Source of the DNA: a bacterium
Lineage (GTDB): Bacteria; UBA8248
Assembly (NCBI GenBank): GCA_965213625.1
Contig: CBDBZU010000004.1
Coordinates: 2,720,001 to 2,784,000, forward strand
Length of the DNA: 64,000 nt
Reading direction: 5' to 3'
Of the stretch, positions 54,394 through 64,000 are shown in pieces; the stretch's first letter is position 1; every line of letters begins with the position of its first letter. The notes under the pieces are model-generated. The model was given only the letters and a program-made list of their open reading frames with translations, had not been told where the DNA came from and searched no databases. The translations under genes were made by a program, and so were the position numbers.

Positions 54394-55365
54394 CTAATCG
54401 ACCGCGTAGATGTCGGTCATAGCGTCATCAAGTTCGGGTTCCGGGCTTTTCCGGGCGAATTCGATGGCTTCTTCCATCTCTTTGTTCACGTTCGCATAGA
54501 TGGCTTCGATACTTTTTTTGCTCAGCCATTTTTTCTGCTTGAGTGTTTCGGCAAATGCAATGAGCGGATCACGCTTGAGCCACTTGCCTACCTCTTTGTC
54601 GTGTCCGTAAGCAGTACCGGGGTCGCCTACGTAATGGCCCAAAAAGCGCATTGTTTTCGCTTCAATCAATGTGGGCCCTCGCCCTTTGCGCGCGCGCGCA
54701 ATCGCTTCGCCGGCCACTTCGTATACGGCTTGAGGGTCCATACCATCGACAACGATACCGGGCATACCGTAAGCCTTTGCTCGATCCGCAATGTCCTGAA
54801 CCGCCTGGTGGGTGGCGCGAGGCGTACTTTCGGCAAATCCGTTGTTCTCGCACACAAATACGGCAGGTAGCTTCCAGGTGGCTGCGATGTTGATACCCTC
54901 ATGGAAAGCACCCTCATTGCTGGCCCCGTCGCCAAAAAAACTGACGGCGACATGTTTTTCACCCTTCAACTGAAGTCCCAAAGCGGCGCCGGCGGCGATT
55001 GGGATACCCCCGCCTACGATGCCATTCGCCCCCAGAGCGCCCAAGTCCTGATCGGCGATGTGCATGGAGCCCCCTTTACCTTTGCAATAGCCAGTCGCAC
55101 GCGCGTACAACTCGGCGAACATACCATTGTAGTGGAGCCCCTTAGCGATCATGTGTCCATGGCCGCGGTGAGTTGATGTGATTTGGTCTTTCGGGGTTAA
55201 GTGAGCGCAAACACCGGAGGCGACGGCTTCTTCGCCGATGTAGGCGTGGAGAAAACCAGGCAGTTCCCCCGCTTGGAATAGCTCAATGGAACGCTCTTCG
55301 AACCTTCGAATGCGGATCATCGTTTCGTATATCCACATGGCTTTGGCCTTTGTCAATCGAATCAT
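54394..55365 (-). CDS. 2-oxoacid/acetoin dehydrogenase E1 alpha subunit (AcoA-like)
   Basis: GFLH.Y.GEEA, THRGHGH, GKGGSMH and TPP motif GDGA...ENN. Confidence 0.95.
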   Translation of the reverse strand: MIRLTKAKAMWIYETMIRIRRFEERSIELFQAGELPGFLHAYIGEEAVASGVCAHLTPKDQITSTHRGHGHMIAKGLHYNGMFAELYARATGYCKGKGGSMHIADQDLGALGANGIVGGGIPIAAGAALGLQLKGEKHVAVSFFGDGASNEGAFHEGINIAATWKLPAVFVCENNGFAESTPRATHQAVQDIADRAKAYGMPGIVVDGMDPQAVYEVAGEAIARARKGRGPTLIEAKTMRFLGHYVGDPGTAYGHDKEVGKWLKRDPLIAFAETLKQKKWLSKKSIEAIYANVNKEMEEAIEFARKSPEPELDDAMTDIYAVD

Positions 55366-55514
55366 GGATTTGCCTCTTCACGGATGACTAAGTCTCAACC
55401 AGGGGGCGACTCAATCTTTGGGCAAGGATTCCCTCGGTGTTCCTTCGAGATAAACGCAAAGCTAATTCACTGTTCGTTTTATTTTTAAGACATTTCATCC
55501 GTTTAATTCGGCAG

Positions 55515-55543
55515 AATTTAACATGCCCCATTTCTTCGGGCAA
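55515..55543 (-). promoter_or_regulatory. Putative sigma70 promoter of the E1/E2 operon
   Basis: Minus strand TTGCCC-17 nt-TAAATT with an extended -10 TG. Confidence 0.5.
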
Positions 55544-55630
55544 GAATTAGCCGTGTATTACAATGAAGTATTTACACTTGCGCTTTGCTTTAAGGGCGAT
55601 TAAAGTATTGTAGATTTTGACTGTTGAGTA

Positions 55631-55660
55631 AGTGGGTCAATTGATGGCCCATTTTTTTAT
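55631..55660 (+). promoter_or_regulatory. rimP leader hairpin (terminator-like attenuator)
   Basis: AGTGGGTCA-ATTGA-TGGCCCATTT followed by a T-run, 20 nt before the rimP ATG; resembles the GTGGG/CCCAY leader found before rimP-nusA operons. Confidence 0.6.
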
Positions 55661-55680
55661 TCACACTCAGAATTGAGTTT

Positions 55681-56178
55681 ATGGTGAAAATTGATGTTGA
55701 TAATCAAATCTGGACCATTACCCAAAACGTAGTTTCTGAACTTGGGCTTGAATTGGTTGATATTGAACTGACCGGTAACCGTAGCCGGCAGATAATACGT
55801 GTATATATTGAGAAACCAGGAGGTATTCTTCTCTCTGATTGTGCAGTTGTCAGCCGAAAGCTTGGGGAACATCTCGATGAGGAAGACGTCATTGAAAATT
55901 CTTATCGTCTTGAAGTATCAAGCCCTGGCATTGAAAGGCCACTACGAAAAATCCAGGATTATGAACGTTATGTCGGTCATCGGGTGCGGATACGACTTAA
56001 AGGAAGGCAGAAGGGGAAGAGAAAAATTGTAGGTCAGTTGGTTGAGGTTGAGGAAAATATAGTCCATTTACTTTTCAAGAGTGGGGAGAAGGTATCATTT
56101 CCCCTGGAAGATGTTGCAAAAGCGAATTTGGATGTGGATTGGGGTAAGGAATTTCAAAGTTTCAGGAGCTCAAGATAG
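55681..56178 (+). CDS. rimP: Ribosome maturation factor RimP
   Basis: G.ELVD.E, DC..VSR and Y.LEVSSPG.ERPL motifs; upstream of nusA. Confidence 0.95.
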   Translation: MVKIDVDNQIWTITQNVVSELGLELVDIELTGNRSRQIIRVYIEKPGGILLSDCAVVSRKLGEHLDEEDVIENSYRLEVSSPGIERPLRKIQDYERYVGHRVRIRLKGRQKGKRKIVGQLVEVEENIVHLLFKSGEKVSFPLEDVAKANLDVDWGKEFQSFRSSR

Positions 56179-56211
56179 AGTCAACTCAATCCATCTTAGA
56201 GGAGTAGTTTT

Positions 56212-57564
56212 GTGAGTCAAGAATTGATTGCTGTCCTGACACAATTGGAACGTGAGCGGGGAGTCTCAAAAGATGTGCTACTCGACACACTAAAAGTCGC
56301 GATGGCGTCAGCTGCGAAGAAGCAATACGGTTTGGGCAAAAATGTGGATGTATCTTTCGATGAGCAAACCGGAGAAATTGACGTCAAAGCGGCGAAAGAA
56401 GTCGTCAGGATTATTCAAAACCCCCAGAGTGAGATTCATTTAGATGAAGCACGCAAGGAAAATCCGGAAATTCAAGTAGGGGATTTTCTTTCACAAGGTG
56501 TCGAAACCGAGGGTTTGGGCAGAATAGCCGCACAAATTGCAAAACAAGTGATATTGCAGCGAGTAAGAGAGGCAGAACGGGCGAATATTTTCCAGGAATT
56601 CAAAGAACGTGAAGGCGATTTGATCACCGGGTCTGTCTCCCAAGTTGAGCGCGGGAATATCTATGTAGATATTGGGCGAACAGAGGCGATCCTCCCTCGT
56701 CGGGAACAAATATTCAGAGAGGTTTATAAGCGTGGAGATCGCATCCGCGCCTATATAATGGAAGTACGCGAAATAACGAAAGGTCCTCAAATTGTTCTCA
56801 GTAGGACACACCCTGGATTATTGATTCGTCTGTTTGAAATGGAAGTGCCAGAAATCTATGACGGCATCGTGGCTATAAAAGGTTGTGTCCGAGAGCCAAG
56901 CGGAAGATCCAAAGTATCTGTTGTAAGTCATGAGCGAGATATAGATCCCGTTGGTGCATGCGTAGGGACACGGGGAAGCCGCGTGCAATCGATCGTTCAA
57001 GAACTCAGAGGGGAGAAGATCGATATAATTTCCTGGAGTGACGACATACGCACTTATGCGGCAAATGCACTCAGTCCTGCGAAAATACAGCACATTACTT
57101 TATTTGAAGATGAAGGTCGTATGGAGGTGTTGGTACCTGACGATCAGCTCTCTCTGGCAATTGGGAAAGGCGGTCAAAATGTTCGCTTAGCGGCAAAACT
57201 CTTGGGCTGGAAAATTGATCTGAAAGGTGAGGGCGAGTATCGGCGCATTATCGCCGAACAGGCATTTTCGAGCGATGAGCGTGAAGAGAACGGTGTTGGT
57301 AGTGAAGATAAGCAAGACGAGAGCAACCAGACAACAGAAACTGATGTAGACTCTTCCAGTGAATTGATAGAACTAGAACTGGTCGGTGAGAAAATGGCGC
57401 GGCTCCTAGCCGACAACGGTTATACTACAATTACCGCGATTGGTGCGGCATCGACGGATGAATTATGTGAGGTTCCAGGGATTGGGCCGAAGAGGGCCAC
57501 GTTGCTGATTGAAACTGCTCGAACTCATGAAAAATCCGCTGGCTCGGAGTCCAATGAGGACTGA
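56212..57564 (+). CDS. nusA: Transcription termination/antitermination factor NusA
   Basis: GRIAAQ.AKQ, LSRT, DPVGACVG.RGSRV and AIGK.GQNVRLA motifs; C-terminal HhH. Confidence 0.97.
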   Translation: MSQELIAVLTQLERERGVSKDVLLDTLKVAMASAAKKQYGLGKNVDVSFDEQTGEIDVKAAKEVVRIIQNPQSEIHLDEARKENPEIQVGDFLSQGVETEGLGRIAAQIAKQVILQRVREAERANIFQEFKEREGDLITGSVSQVERGNIYVDIGRTEAILPRREQIFREVYKRGDRIRAYIMEVREITKGPQIVLSRTHPGLLIRLFEMEVPEIYDGIVAIKGCVREPSGRSKVSVVSHERDIDPVGACVGTRGSRVQSIVQELRGEKIDIISWSDDIRTYAANALSPAKIQHITLFEDEGRMEVLVPDDQLSLAIGKGGQNVRLAAKLLGWKIDLKGEGEYRRIIAEQAFSSDEREENGVGSEDKQDESNQTTETDVDSSSELIELELVGEKMARLLADNGYTTITAIGAASTDELCEVPGIGPKRATLLIETARTHEKSAGSESNED

Positions 57565-57579
57565 TGAAGGGATGAATGT

Positions 57580-58143
57580 TTGCCAGATAGATCATGTATA
57601 GCTTGTCGGAACAAAGGAAATGCAAACATTTTTTTTAGAATGGTTATCGCCCCAGTTGGAGGTATCATTTGTGAACTTGGAAGAAAATTGCCGGGAAGAG
57701 GGGCGCATTGTTGTATTGACATGAATTGCATTTCAAAGCTTGTCTCGTCGGATCGCTTGGAAATTGCACTGAAAAGCAGGAATTTCAGGATCGATTCAGA
57801 CGAATTGGTTCAAAATGTGACAATGCTTCTTAGGCGAAATATCGAGGGGATGTTGATTGCTTCCAAAAGAAAAGGCGTACTCACTATTGGGAGAGACGCG
57901 GTTTTCAAAAAGATTAAGTTCTCGAAAATAGGAAAACCGTTTGTTTCCAAAGATATATCAAGAAATAGTTTGATGAACTTGAAACGCATGTCGGAAGAAC
58001 TTTATATTCTGCCTTTTACGATGAATGAACTTGGCGAATTTTTCAGTCGAAAACCGTTTGGCGTGTTATTTATCGATGAACCACTGCTTGTGGATAGTAT
58101 TTGCTTACGTTTGGTGCAGGAAAGGGCAATCTGCAGCAATTGA
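57580..58143 (+). CDS. YlxR (DUF448)-L7Ae/YlxQ-like fusion protein
   Basis: P.R.CIACR and K.PGRGA.C (YlxR) followed by RKG.L.IG.DAV and ELG (L7Ae-like); sits between nusA and infB. Confidence 0.72.
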   Translation: MPDRSCIACRNKGNANIFFRMVIAPVGGIICELGRKLPGRGAHCCIDMNCISKLVSSDRLEIALKSRNFRIDSDELVQNVTMLLRRNIEGMLIASKRKGVLTIGRDAVFKKIKFSKIGKPFVSKDISRNSLMNLKRMSEELYILPFTMNELGEFFSRKPFGVLFIDEPLLVDSICLRLVQERAICSN

Positions 58144-58222
58144 AGCAAGACAAGTATCGGGATTCACTAAAAAATAACTGTTGATTTGATAATGGATTCA
58201 AATAATCTGCAGTGGAGGTTTT

Positions 58223-60481
58223 ATGGCGAGCGTACGCGTATACCAACTGGCTAAAAATCTTGGATATGACAGCCGGACTTTTGTTGAAGAATTAGCCAGG
58301 GAAGGAATCGTAGTTAAAAGCCATATGAGCACTGTGGATGATGAAACTGCGGAACTGGTAATGGCTCTTTTTTCTCAAGATTCAGCACAAGAGAAGGAAG
58401 TGGCTCAAGAAAGCAAGGCTGAAAAAAAGATTTCACCGAAAACGAAAGTTGATAAACCCCAAGAACCAAGTGAGCCTGCCTCGGTAGATGTGGAATCCAA
58501 AGAAGAATCAACTGTCTCTCCTACCACTCAAGAAGCTGTTGTTCAAACAAAAGTCAAACCAGAAAAAGCCGCTGTTGACGAAAAGCTAATCGCGGAAACT
58601 ATCGAGACTAGTGCAGAAGAACAAACAGTTTTAGACCCCAAAACTCCGTTGCCTGAAGACAAAGTCCTTGCATCAACGCCAAGCCCGAAAGTTGTTCGGG
58701 ATGACAGCAGAGAAAAACCTACTCGTCGGCATGGAGGGCGCGTACGTATTGCAGAGACGATTACGGTGAAAGAACTTGCTGAAAAAATTAACGTAAAGGC
58801 GACGGAAGTTATCAAGGAGTTGATGAAAAAGGGCCAGATGACGACTATCAATCAAATGATAGATCATAATACGGCTACAAATATATCTGAAACCTTCGGC
58901 TATGAAGTTGAAATATCCAAAGACAACATTGAAGATCTGCTGATTCAGGAAGAGGATAGGGTAGAAGATCTTCAGCCCAGATCTCCTGTCATAACGATTA
59001 TGGGTCATGTTGATCATGGGAAAACGAGACTTCTCGATGCAATCCGCAAAGCCAATGTGATGGAAGGCGAAGCAGGTGGAATCACGCAACATATTGGCGC
59101 CTATCGAGTCACTACGGATAAAGGGACAGCTGTCTTCTTGGATACCCCTGGACACGAAGCCTTTACAGCAATGAGGGCGCGGGGGGCGCAAGTGACAGAT
59201 TTAGCCATCATCGTAGTTGCTGCGAATGAAGGCGTCATGCCCCAGACTCGAGAGGCGATTGATCATGCAAAAGCCGCTGGAGTCCCGATTATGGTGGCGA
59301 TGAATAAAATGGACTTGGCAGACGCTAACCCCGACAGAGTAAAACAGCAACTTTCGACATTGGACTTAATCCCAGAAGATTGGGGTGGAGACACGGTTTA
59401 TTCAGAAATTTCCGCAAAAGAGAATATCGGAATTGATGATCTTTTAGACCTCGCCATTCTGCAGGCCGAACTCATGGAATTGAAGGCCAACCCGAGCCGT
59501 CTCGCTAATGGTGTTGTCGTGGAAGCAAAACTGGACAGGGGACGTGGTCCGGTAGCTACTGTTTTGGTTCAACGAGGCACATTGAATGTGAGTGATAACT
59601 TCGTGGCCGGTAAATGGAATGGCAAAGTTCGCGCATTATTGGATGACCAAGGGCGGAAGTTGAAGTTAGCAGGGCCCTCTACTCCAGTAGAAATTTTGGG
59701 ATTCGCCGGTGTACCTGAGGCTGGTGATACATTTACGGTTTTAGCAGATGAGAAAATGACGAGAGAGATAAGCGCAAGACGTCAACAACGTGAACGTATG
59801 GCGGCGCTTATGGCTTCTGCTCGTGTTTCTTTGGAAAGTTTCATGGAAAGCGTAGAAGAAGGCCAGGTGAAAGAACTGAGTTTAATCTTAAAAGCGGATG
59901 TGCAGGGTAGCATAGAAGCTTTGAAAGAATCCTTGGGGAAACTGGGGAATGAGGAAGTAGGTGTTAAGGTCCTACATAGCGCGGTGGGTGGGATTACAGA
60001 AACCGACGTGATGCTTGCAGCTGCCTCGGCAGCCGTGATCGTAGGTTTTAACGTTCGTCCGACGCCAGGAGCCAGAGAAGTCGCGAAGCATGAAAAAGTA
60101 GACATTCGATTATATTCGGTTATCTATGACGCTATCGATGAAATAAAATCGGCTCTTGAGGGAATACTCGAACCCGTGAAGAGAGAAGTAGTTCGTGGAC
60201 ACGCGGAAATCCGGGAGTTATTCCATGTTCCCAATGTGGGTAACATAGCGGGTTGTTATGTCACCGATGGAAACATCAACAGAAATTCGAACGTGCGCCT
60301 CATCCGGGATAATGTGGTCATTTATACGGGCACTATTTCGTCTTTGAGGCGATTCAAGGATGATGTGAACGAGGTTCAATCTGGTTATGAGTGTGGAATC
60401 GGAATTGAGAATTATAATGACATCAAGCAAGGCGATATCATAGAACCGTATGTTACGGAAGAAGTTTCGCGGACGCTTTAG
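58223..60481 (+). CDS. infB: Translation initiation factor IF-2
   Basis: [38 protein letters not shown] and GYECG motifs. Confidence 0.98.
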   Translation: MASVRVYQLAKNLGYDSRTFVEELAREGIVVKSHMSTVDDETAELVMALFSQDSAQEKEVAQESKAEKKISPKTKVDKPQEPSEPASVDVESKEESTVSPTTQEAVVQTKVKPEKAAVDEKLIAETIETSAEEQTVLDPKTPLPEDKVLASTPSPKVVRDDSREKPTRRHGGRVRIAETITVKELAEKINVKATEVIKELMKKGQMTTINQMIDHNTATNISETFGYEVEISKDNIEDLLIQEEDRVEDLQPRSPVITIMGHVDHGKTRLLDAIRKANVMEGEAGGITQHIGAYRVTTDKGTAVFLDTPGHEAFTAMRARGAQVTDLAIIVVAANEGVMPQTREAIDHAKAAGVPIMVAMNKMDLADANPDRVKQQLSTLDLIPEDWGGDTVYSEISAKENIGIDDLLDLAILQAELMELKANPSRLANGVVVEAKLDRGRGPVATVLVQRGTLNVSDNFVAGKWNGKVRALLDDQGRKLKLAGPSTPVEILGFAGVPEAGDTFTVLADEKMTREISARRQQRERMAALMASARVSLESFMESVEEGQVKELSLILKADVQGSIEALKESLGKLGNEEVGVKVLHSAVGGITETDVMLAAASAAVIVGFNVRPTPGAREVAKHEKVDIRLYSVIYDAIDEIKSALEGILEPVKREVVRGHAEIRELFHVPNVGNIAGCYVTDGNINRNSNVRLIRDNVVIYTGTISSLRRFKDDVNEVQSGYECGIGIENYNDIKQGDIIEPYVTEEVSRTL

Positions 60482-60517
60482 CTTGATTTGTATCACCTAT
60501 TTTGAACTCACCACTCC

Positions 60518-60802
60518 ATGCCTGTCGTAGGTCTATTGAATATCGATATTCAGATTCCTGAATGCCGTTCGCTCAAGGCGAAGCGTAAGATAGTTCAGTC
60601 AATCACAACACGCCTGCGTCAAAAGTTTAATGTGTCTGTCGCTGAAGTCGATTTCCAAGATAAGTGGCAAAGATGTCGTATCGGCGTATGTGTCGTAAGC
60701 AATGACAGTCGGTTTGTAGATAGCCAGCTTAGAAAAGTGCTGAATTACCTTGAGGGAATGGGTTTGATGATTGTCCTGGATTTTGATATCGAGATTTTAT
60801 GA
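60518..60802 (+). CDS. DUF503 (YlxP) family protein
   Basis: SLK.KR and FNVSVAEV..QD.WQ motifs; between infB and rbfA. Confidence 0.9.
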   Translation: MPVVGLLNIDIQIPECRSLKAKRKIVQSITTRLRQKFNVSVAEVDFQDKWQRCRIGVCVVSNDSRFVDSQLRKVLNYLEGMGLMIVLDFDIEIL

Positions 60803-60826
60803 AATTTATGGAGAGAGATTTATAGC

Positions 60827-61180
60827 ATGAGCAATTCTCGTATGCTGCGCGTAGCGGAACTCATTCAATCCGAACTCGCGAATATGGTTATGAGGGATGT
60901 AAAAGATCCGCGTGTGCAACATGTTGTAATTACTCGAGTGGAAGTGTCCCCTGATTTGAGAGTTGCGAAGGTCTACTTTAGCCGATACGGTGAAAATCAA
61001 GGGAATGTGGAAGAGATGGAAGAAGGTTTGAAGGGACTCGAACGCGCCAGTGGATTCTTACAGATGAAACTTGCCGAGCGTTTGAAATTGAAAAGTACAC
61101 CCAAGCTGAAATTCTTCGTCGACCACAGTTTGGCATATAGCGCCGAAATTGAACGGGTATTATCGGATTTAAAGAGGTAA
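60827..61180 (+). CDS. rbfA: 30S ribosome-binding factor A
   Basis: R..RV.E.I, KDPR, V.VSPDL..AKVY and P.L.F..D.S motifs. Confidence 0.95.
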   Translation: MSNSRMLRVAELIQSELANMVMRDVKDPRVQHVVITRVEVSPDLRVAKVYFSRYGENQGNVEEMEEGLKGLERASGFLQMKLAERLKLKSTPKLKFFVDHSLAYSAEIERVLSDLKR

Positions 61181-61201
61181 GTTCAAAAAAAGGGTTAGAT
61201 T

Positions 61202-62128
61202 TTGGAACTCTCGGGTGTTTTGAATCTGAAGAAAATGCATGGTCCTACTTCACACGATATGGTTGAAGAAGTGAGAAAACTTCTTCCCAGAAAAACAAAA
61301 GTGGGGCATGCAGGTACACTTGACCCTATGGCCGAAGGGGTATTGCCAATTTGCATTGGCCCCTCGACGAAATTATTCTCATATTTTTTAGAGTGCAAGA
61401 AAACGTATCGGGCTGTCATGTTGTTTGGTCGAGTCACAGATACCCAGGATATTACGGGAAAATTGTTGGCCGAATCTGAGCCAGGGGAGATTACAATAGC
61501 TCGAGCCCAGGAACTACTGAATTCGATGCATGGCAAGACAGAGCAGATGCCTCCAATGTATTCCGCTTTGAAATCCAATGGAAAGCGATTACACGAATTA
61601 GCGCGTTCTGGCAAGGAAATTGAAAGAGACAAGCGGCCCATAGAAGTGTTCAAGATCAAGACAATTGGCATAGTAGGTCCCCAACTTACCTTTGATGTCA
61701 CCTGCTCTCGGGGAACATACATTCGCTCGATATGTCATGATGTCGGGGCCAGCCAAGGGGCCGGCGGATGTTTGCAAGCGCTCACGCGAACCGCTTTGGG
61801 CCCGTTTGAAATCGCGGATTCTTTTTCTCTTGAAGATGTTCAACGCTATTCGAGAGAAAGTCGCCTTAATGATATTCTTATCAGTCCTGCACAGGCTCTC
61901 GCGCATTTACCTGCCATCCATGTACACCCGAGAGCGGAGGTGCGGGTGCTGAATGGCGCTATGATCAGGTTTGAAGATGTTCGGGAAGCTGTTGATTTGC
62001 CAGTAGATACTCGTGTCCGTATGCTGAATGAACCGGGAGAGTTATTGGCGGTCGGGAAGATGGTCCATGAAAATGCACGAAAACGAAACCAGGGGTTTGT
62101 GGCGCCTGAAAAAGTGTTTGTCACCTAG
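61202..62128 (+). CDS. truB: tRNA pseudouridine(55) synthase
   Basis: KVGHAGTLDP.A.GVL, QMPPMYSALK and CS.GTYIRS motifs. Confidence 0.96.
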   Translation: MELSGVLNLKKMHGPTSHDMVEEVRKLLPRKTKVGHAGTLDPMAEGVLPICIGPSTKLFSYFLECKKTYRAVMLFGRVTDTQDITGKLLAESEPGEITIARAQELLNSMHGKTEQMPPMYSALKSNGKRLHELARSGKEIERDKRPIEVFKIKTIGIVGPQLTFDVTCSRGTYIRSICHDVGASQGAGGCLQALTRTALGPFEIADSFSLEDVQRYSRESRLNDILISPAQALAHLPAIHVHPRAEVRVLNGAMIRFEDVREAVDLPVDTRVRMLNEPGELLAVGKMVHENARKRNQGFVAPEKVFVT

Positions 62129-62152
62129 ATTCAAGAGAAAATACGTTCTGTA

Positions 62153-62181
62153 TTTACATTGATGGAAAAGTTGTATAGAAT
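62153..62181 (+). promoter_or_regulatory. sigma70 promoter of rpsO-pnp
   Basis: TTTACA-17 nt-TAGAAT. Confidence 0.65.
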
Positions 62182-62262
62182 CCGCCCGTTTTCAAGAAGT
62201 TACACCAATGTGGCTCGGCAGTATCGAGAGCGACGATATAAGCAGTGGAGGAAGTGACAGAA

Positions 62263-62532
62263 ATGCCCCTAGCAAAGGAGCGAAAATCGGAAGTTATTGA
62301 AAAATTTCGCACACATGACACCGATACCGGTTCACCAGAAGTGCAGGTAGCTATCCTAACCGAGCGTATTACCTACCTCACAGACCATTTCAAGACCCAC
62401 AAGAAAGATCATCATTCCCGAAGAGGGTTATTGAAACTCGTGGGTCAGCGGCGTCGCCTCCTTGATTATTTGAAAGAGAAAGACATCAACCGCTACCGCA
62501 CGATCATTCAAGATCTTGGCCTGCGTCGCTAG
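62263..62532 (+). CDS. rpsO: 30S ribosomal protein S15
   Basis: [12 protein letters not shown] and [16 protein letters not shown] motifs. Confidence 0.98.
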   Translation: MPLAKERKSEVIEKFRTHDTDTGSPEVQVAILTERITYLTDHFKTHKKDHHSRRGLLKLVGQRRRLLDYLKEKDINRYRTIIQDLGLRR

Positions 62533-62564
62533 ATGCGGGTCTTGCCTCAGAGGGAAGCTATCTA

Positions 62565-64000
62565 ATGTCACCGTATCGTAAAGACATATCTATCAATGGT
62601 TATACTCTTGCTTTTGAAACAGGTGAGATAGCCAAGCAAGCCGGTGGCGCCGTAATGATGCATTATGGTGAAACCAGTGTGCTGTGTACGGCTTGCGCCT
62701 CGCACTCAACTCGTGAAGGGATAGATTTTTTCCCGCTTACGGTTGACTACCGAGAATTTTTCTACGCAGCAGGAATTATTCCCGGCAACTTTTTTCGGCG
62801 CGAAGCAAGGCCTGGCGAGAGGGAAACATTAACTTGTCGATTAATCGATAGGCCAATCCGTCCTCTTTTCCCTAAGGAATTTCGTTGTGAGACGATGATT
62901 CAAGTCATGGTCATGTCTTACGATAAGTTGAATGATTCCGACATTTTGGCAATCAATGGCACATCCGCCGCCCTTCACATTTCAGATATCCCTTTCGCCG
63001 GTCCTATCGGTGCAGTTCGCGTTGGACGAATTGATGGCGAAATTATTGTCAATCCGACAGTCGAACAACAAATTGACAGCGATCTGAATTGTGTAATGGC
63101 CGGCACATCGGACGCGATAGTCATGGTGGAAGCCGGCAGCTTTGAAGTTTCCGAAGACGTATATATGGAAGTGTTTGAGCAAGGGCATGCGGTAATAAAA
63201 GAATTATGTGCATTGCAGGATGCACTCAGGGCCGAATGCGGGAAACAAAAACGCGTCATCGAAACTGAGGAAGAAAATACGGAACTTTTGGAGAAGGTTC
63301 GTGAAATTGTTGCACCAAAATTAAATGCAGCTGCCGAAATTCACGATAAGGCAGGACAATATGACGCAATAGATGAGGCGAAAGCTGCTGTAGTCGACTC
63401 TCTTTGTACAGACGAGGATGGGGCTCCTGATAAAGGCGATGTCTCTGAATGTTTTGGGAAAATCGAAAAAGAAGTATTCCGTGGTTTGATTTTGGATGAG
63501 GGGAAACGTTCAGACGGTCGGGGGCTTCGTGACGTCAGGCCGATTACCATCAGAATGTCGCCCCTTGCCAGGCCCCATGGCAGCTCATTGTTTACACGGG
63601 GCGAGACCCAGGCGTTGGTGACTGTAACGTTGGGTACCGCCTCCGAAGCGCAATTGATAGACACCCTGGATGGCAAAGCCGACAGAACTTTTCTCCTGCA
63701 CTATAATTTTCCCGGATTTAGCGTTGGGGAAGCGAAGCCGAACCGCGGCCCTGGTCGTCGCGAGATAGGACACGGCGCACTTGCTTCTCGCGCCGTGCAG
63801 GCGATTTTGCCTGAGCAGGAAGATTTCCCCTATACAATCCGGGTAGTTTCAGACATCACGGAGAGCAACGGCAGTTCATCCATGGCGAGTATCTGTGGCG
63901 CCAGTCTGGCCCTGATGAGTGCGGGCGTACCGATAACATCACCAGTAGCCGGCATTGCCATGGGTTTGATCAGTGAAGAATCCACAGGAAGAACGGCAAT
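62565..64000 (+). CDS. pnp: Polyribonucleotide nucleotidyltransferase, 3' end outside the window
   Basis: Not in the ORF track because it runs off the edge. Manual translation from ATG 62565 gives [11 protein letters not shown]...[11 protein letters not shown]...[12 protein letters not shown]...[12 protein letters not shown]...LHYNFP...RREIGHG...[10 protein letters not shown]. Confidence 0.96.
   Translation, partial: MSPYRKDISINGYTLAFETGEIAKQAGGAVMMHYGETSVLCTACASHSTREGIDFFPLTVDYREFFYAAGIIPGNFFRREARPGERETLTCRLIDRPIRPLFPKEFRCETMIQVMVMSYDKLNDSDILAINGTSAALHISDIPFAGPIGAVRVGRIDGEIIVNPTVEQQIDSDLNCVMAGTSDAIVMVEAGSFEVSEDVYMEVFEQGHAVIKELCALQDALRAECGKQKRVIETEEENTELLEKVREIVAPKLNAAAEIHDKAGQYDAIDEAKAAVVDSLCTDEDGAPDKGDVSECFGKIEKEVFRGLILDEGKRSDGRGLRDVRPITIRMSPLARPHGSSLFTRGETQALVTVTLGTASEAQLIDTLDGKADRTFLLHYNFPGFSVGEAKPNRGPGRREIGHGALASRAVQAILPEQEDFPYTIRVVSDITESNGSSSMASICGASLALMSAGVPITSPVAGIAMGLISEESTGRTA

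Overview
Bacterial chromosomal window (mostly ~60%+ GC) with no rRNA, tRNA, IS/integrase or CRISPR array recognised. From left to right it holds: catabolic oxidoreductases, a Liv-type ABC importer, a triple-domain Rid protein, a delta-9-type desaturase, ilvC, a variant cytochrome c maturation (Ccm) operon, an Fe3+/polyamine-type ABC importer with a CapA-family gene, HU, miaB and a UvrD/PcrA helicase. Next comes a small accessory patch (orphan Dam, HicB, HEPN-MNT, REP-like palindromes), an E1a/E1b/E2 2-oxoacid/acetoin dehydrogenase operon, and the rimP-nusA-infB-rbfA-truB-rpsO-pnp block, which is unexpectedly AT-rich. The best hidden signal is a CMD/AhpD-like gene (minus strand, 47943-48605) that the ORF track truncates. 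It reads through an in-frame TGA in a C-N-N-U motif followed by a SECIS-like hairpin, so it is a probable selenoprotein. Other notable items are a single-chain three-domain Rid protein lacking the catalytic Arg, a desaturase fused to 11-mer amphipathic (LEA/perilipin-like) repeats, CcmE with CxxxF, several enzymes with substituted catalytic residues, a frameshifted old yellow enzyme and an unexplained 86-bp tandem repeat. All calls come from reading the sequence and motifs by eye; no database searches were run.
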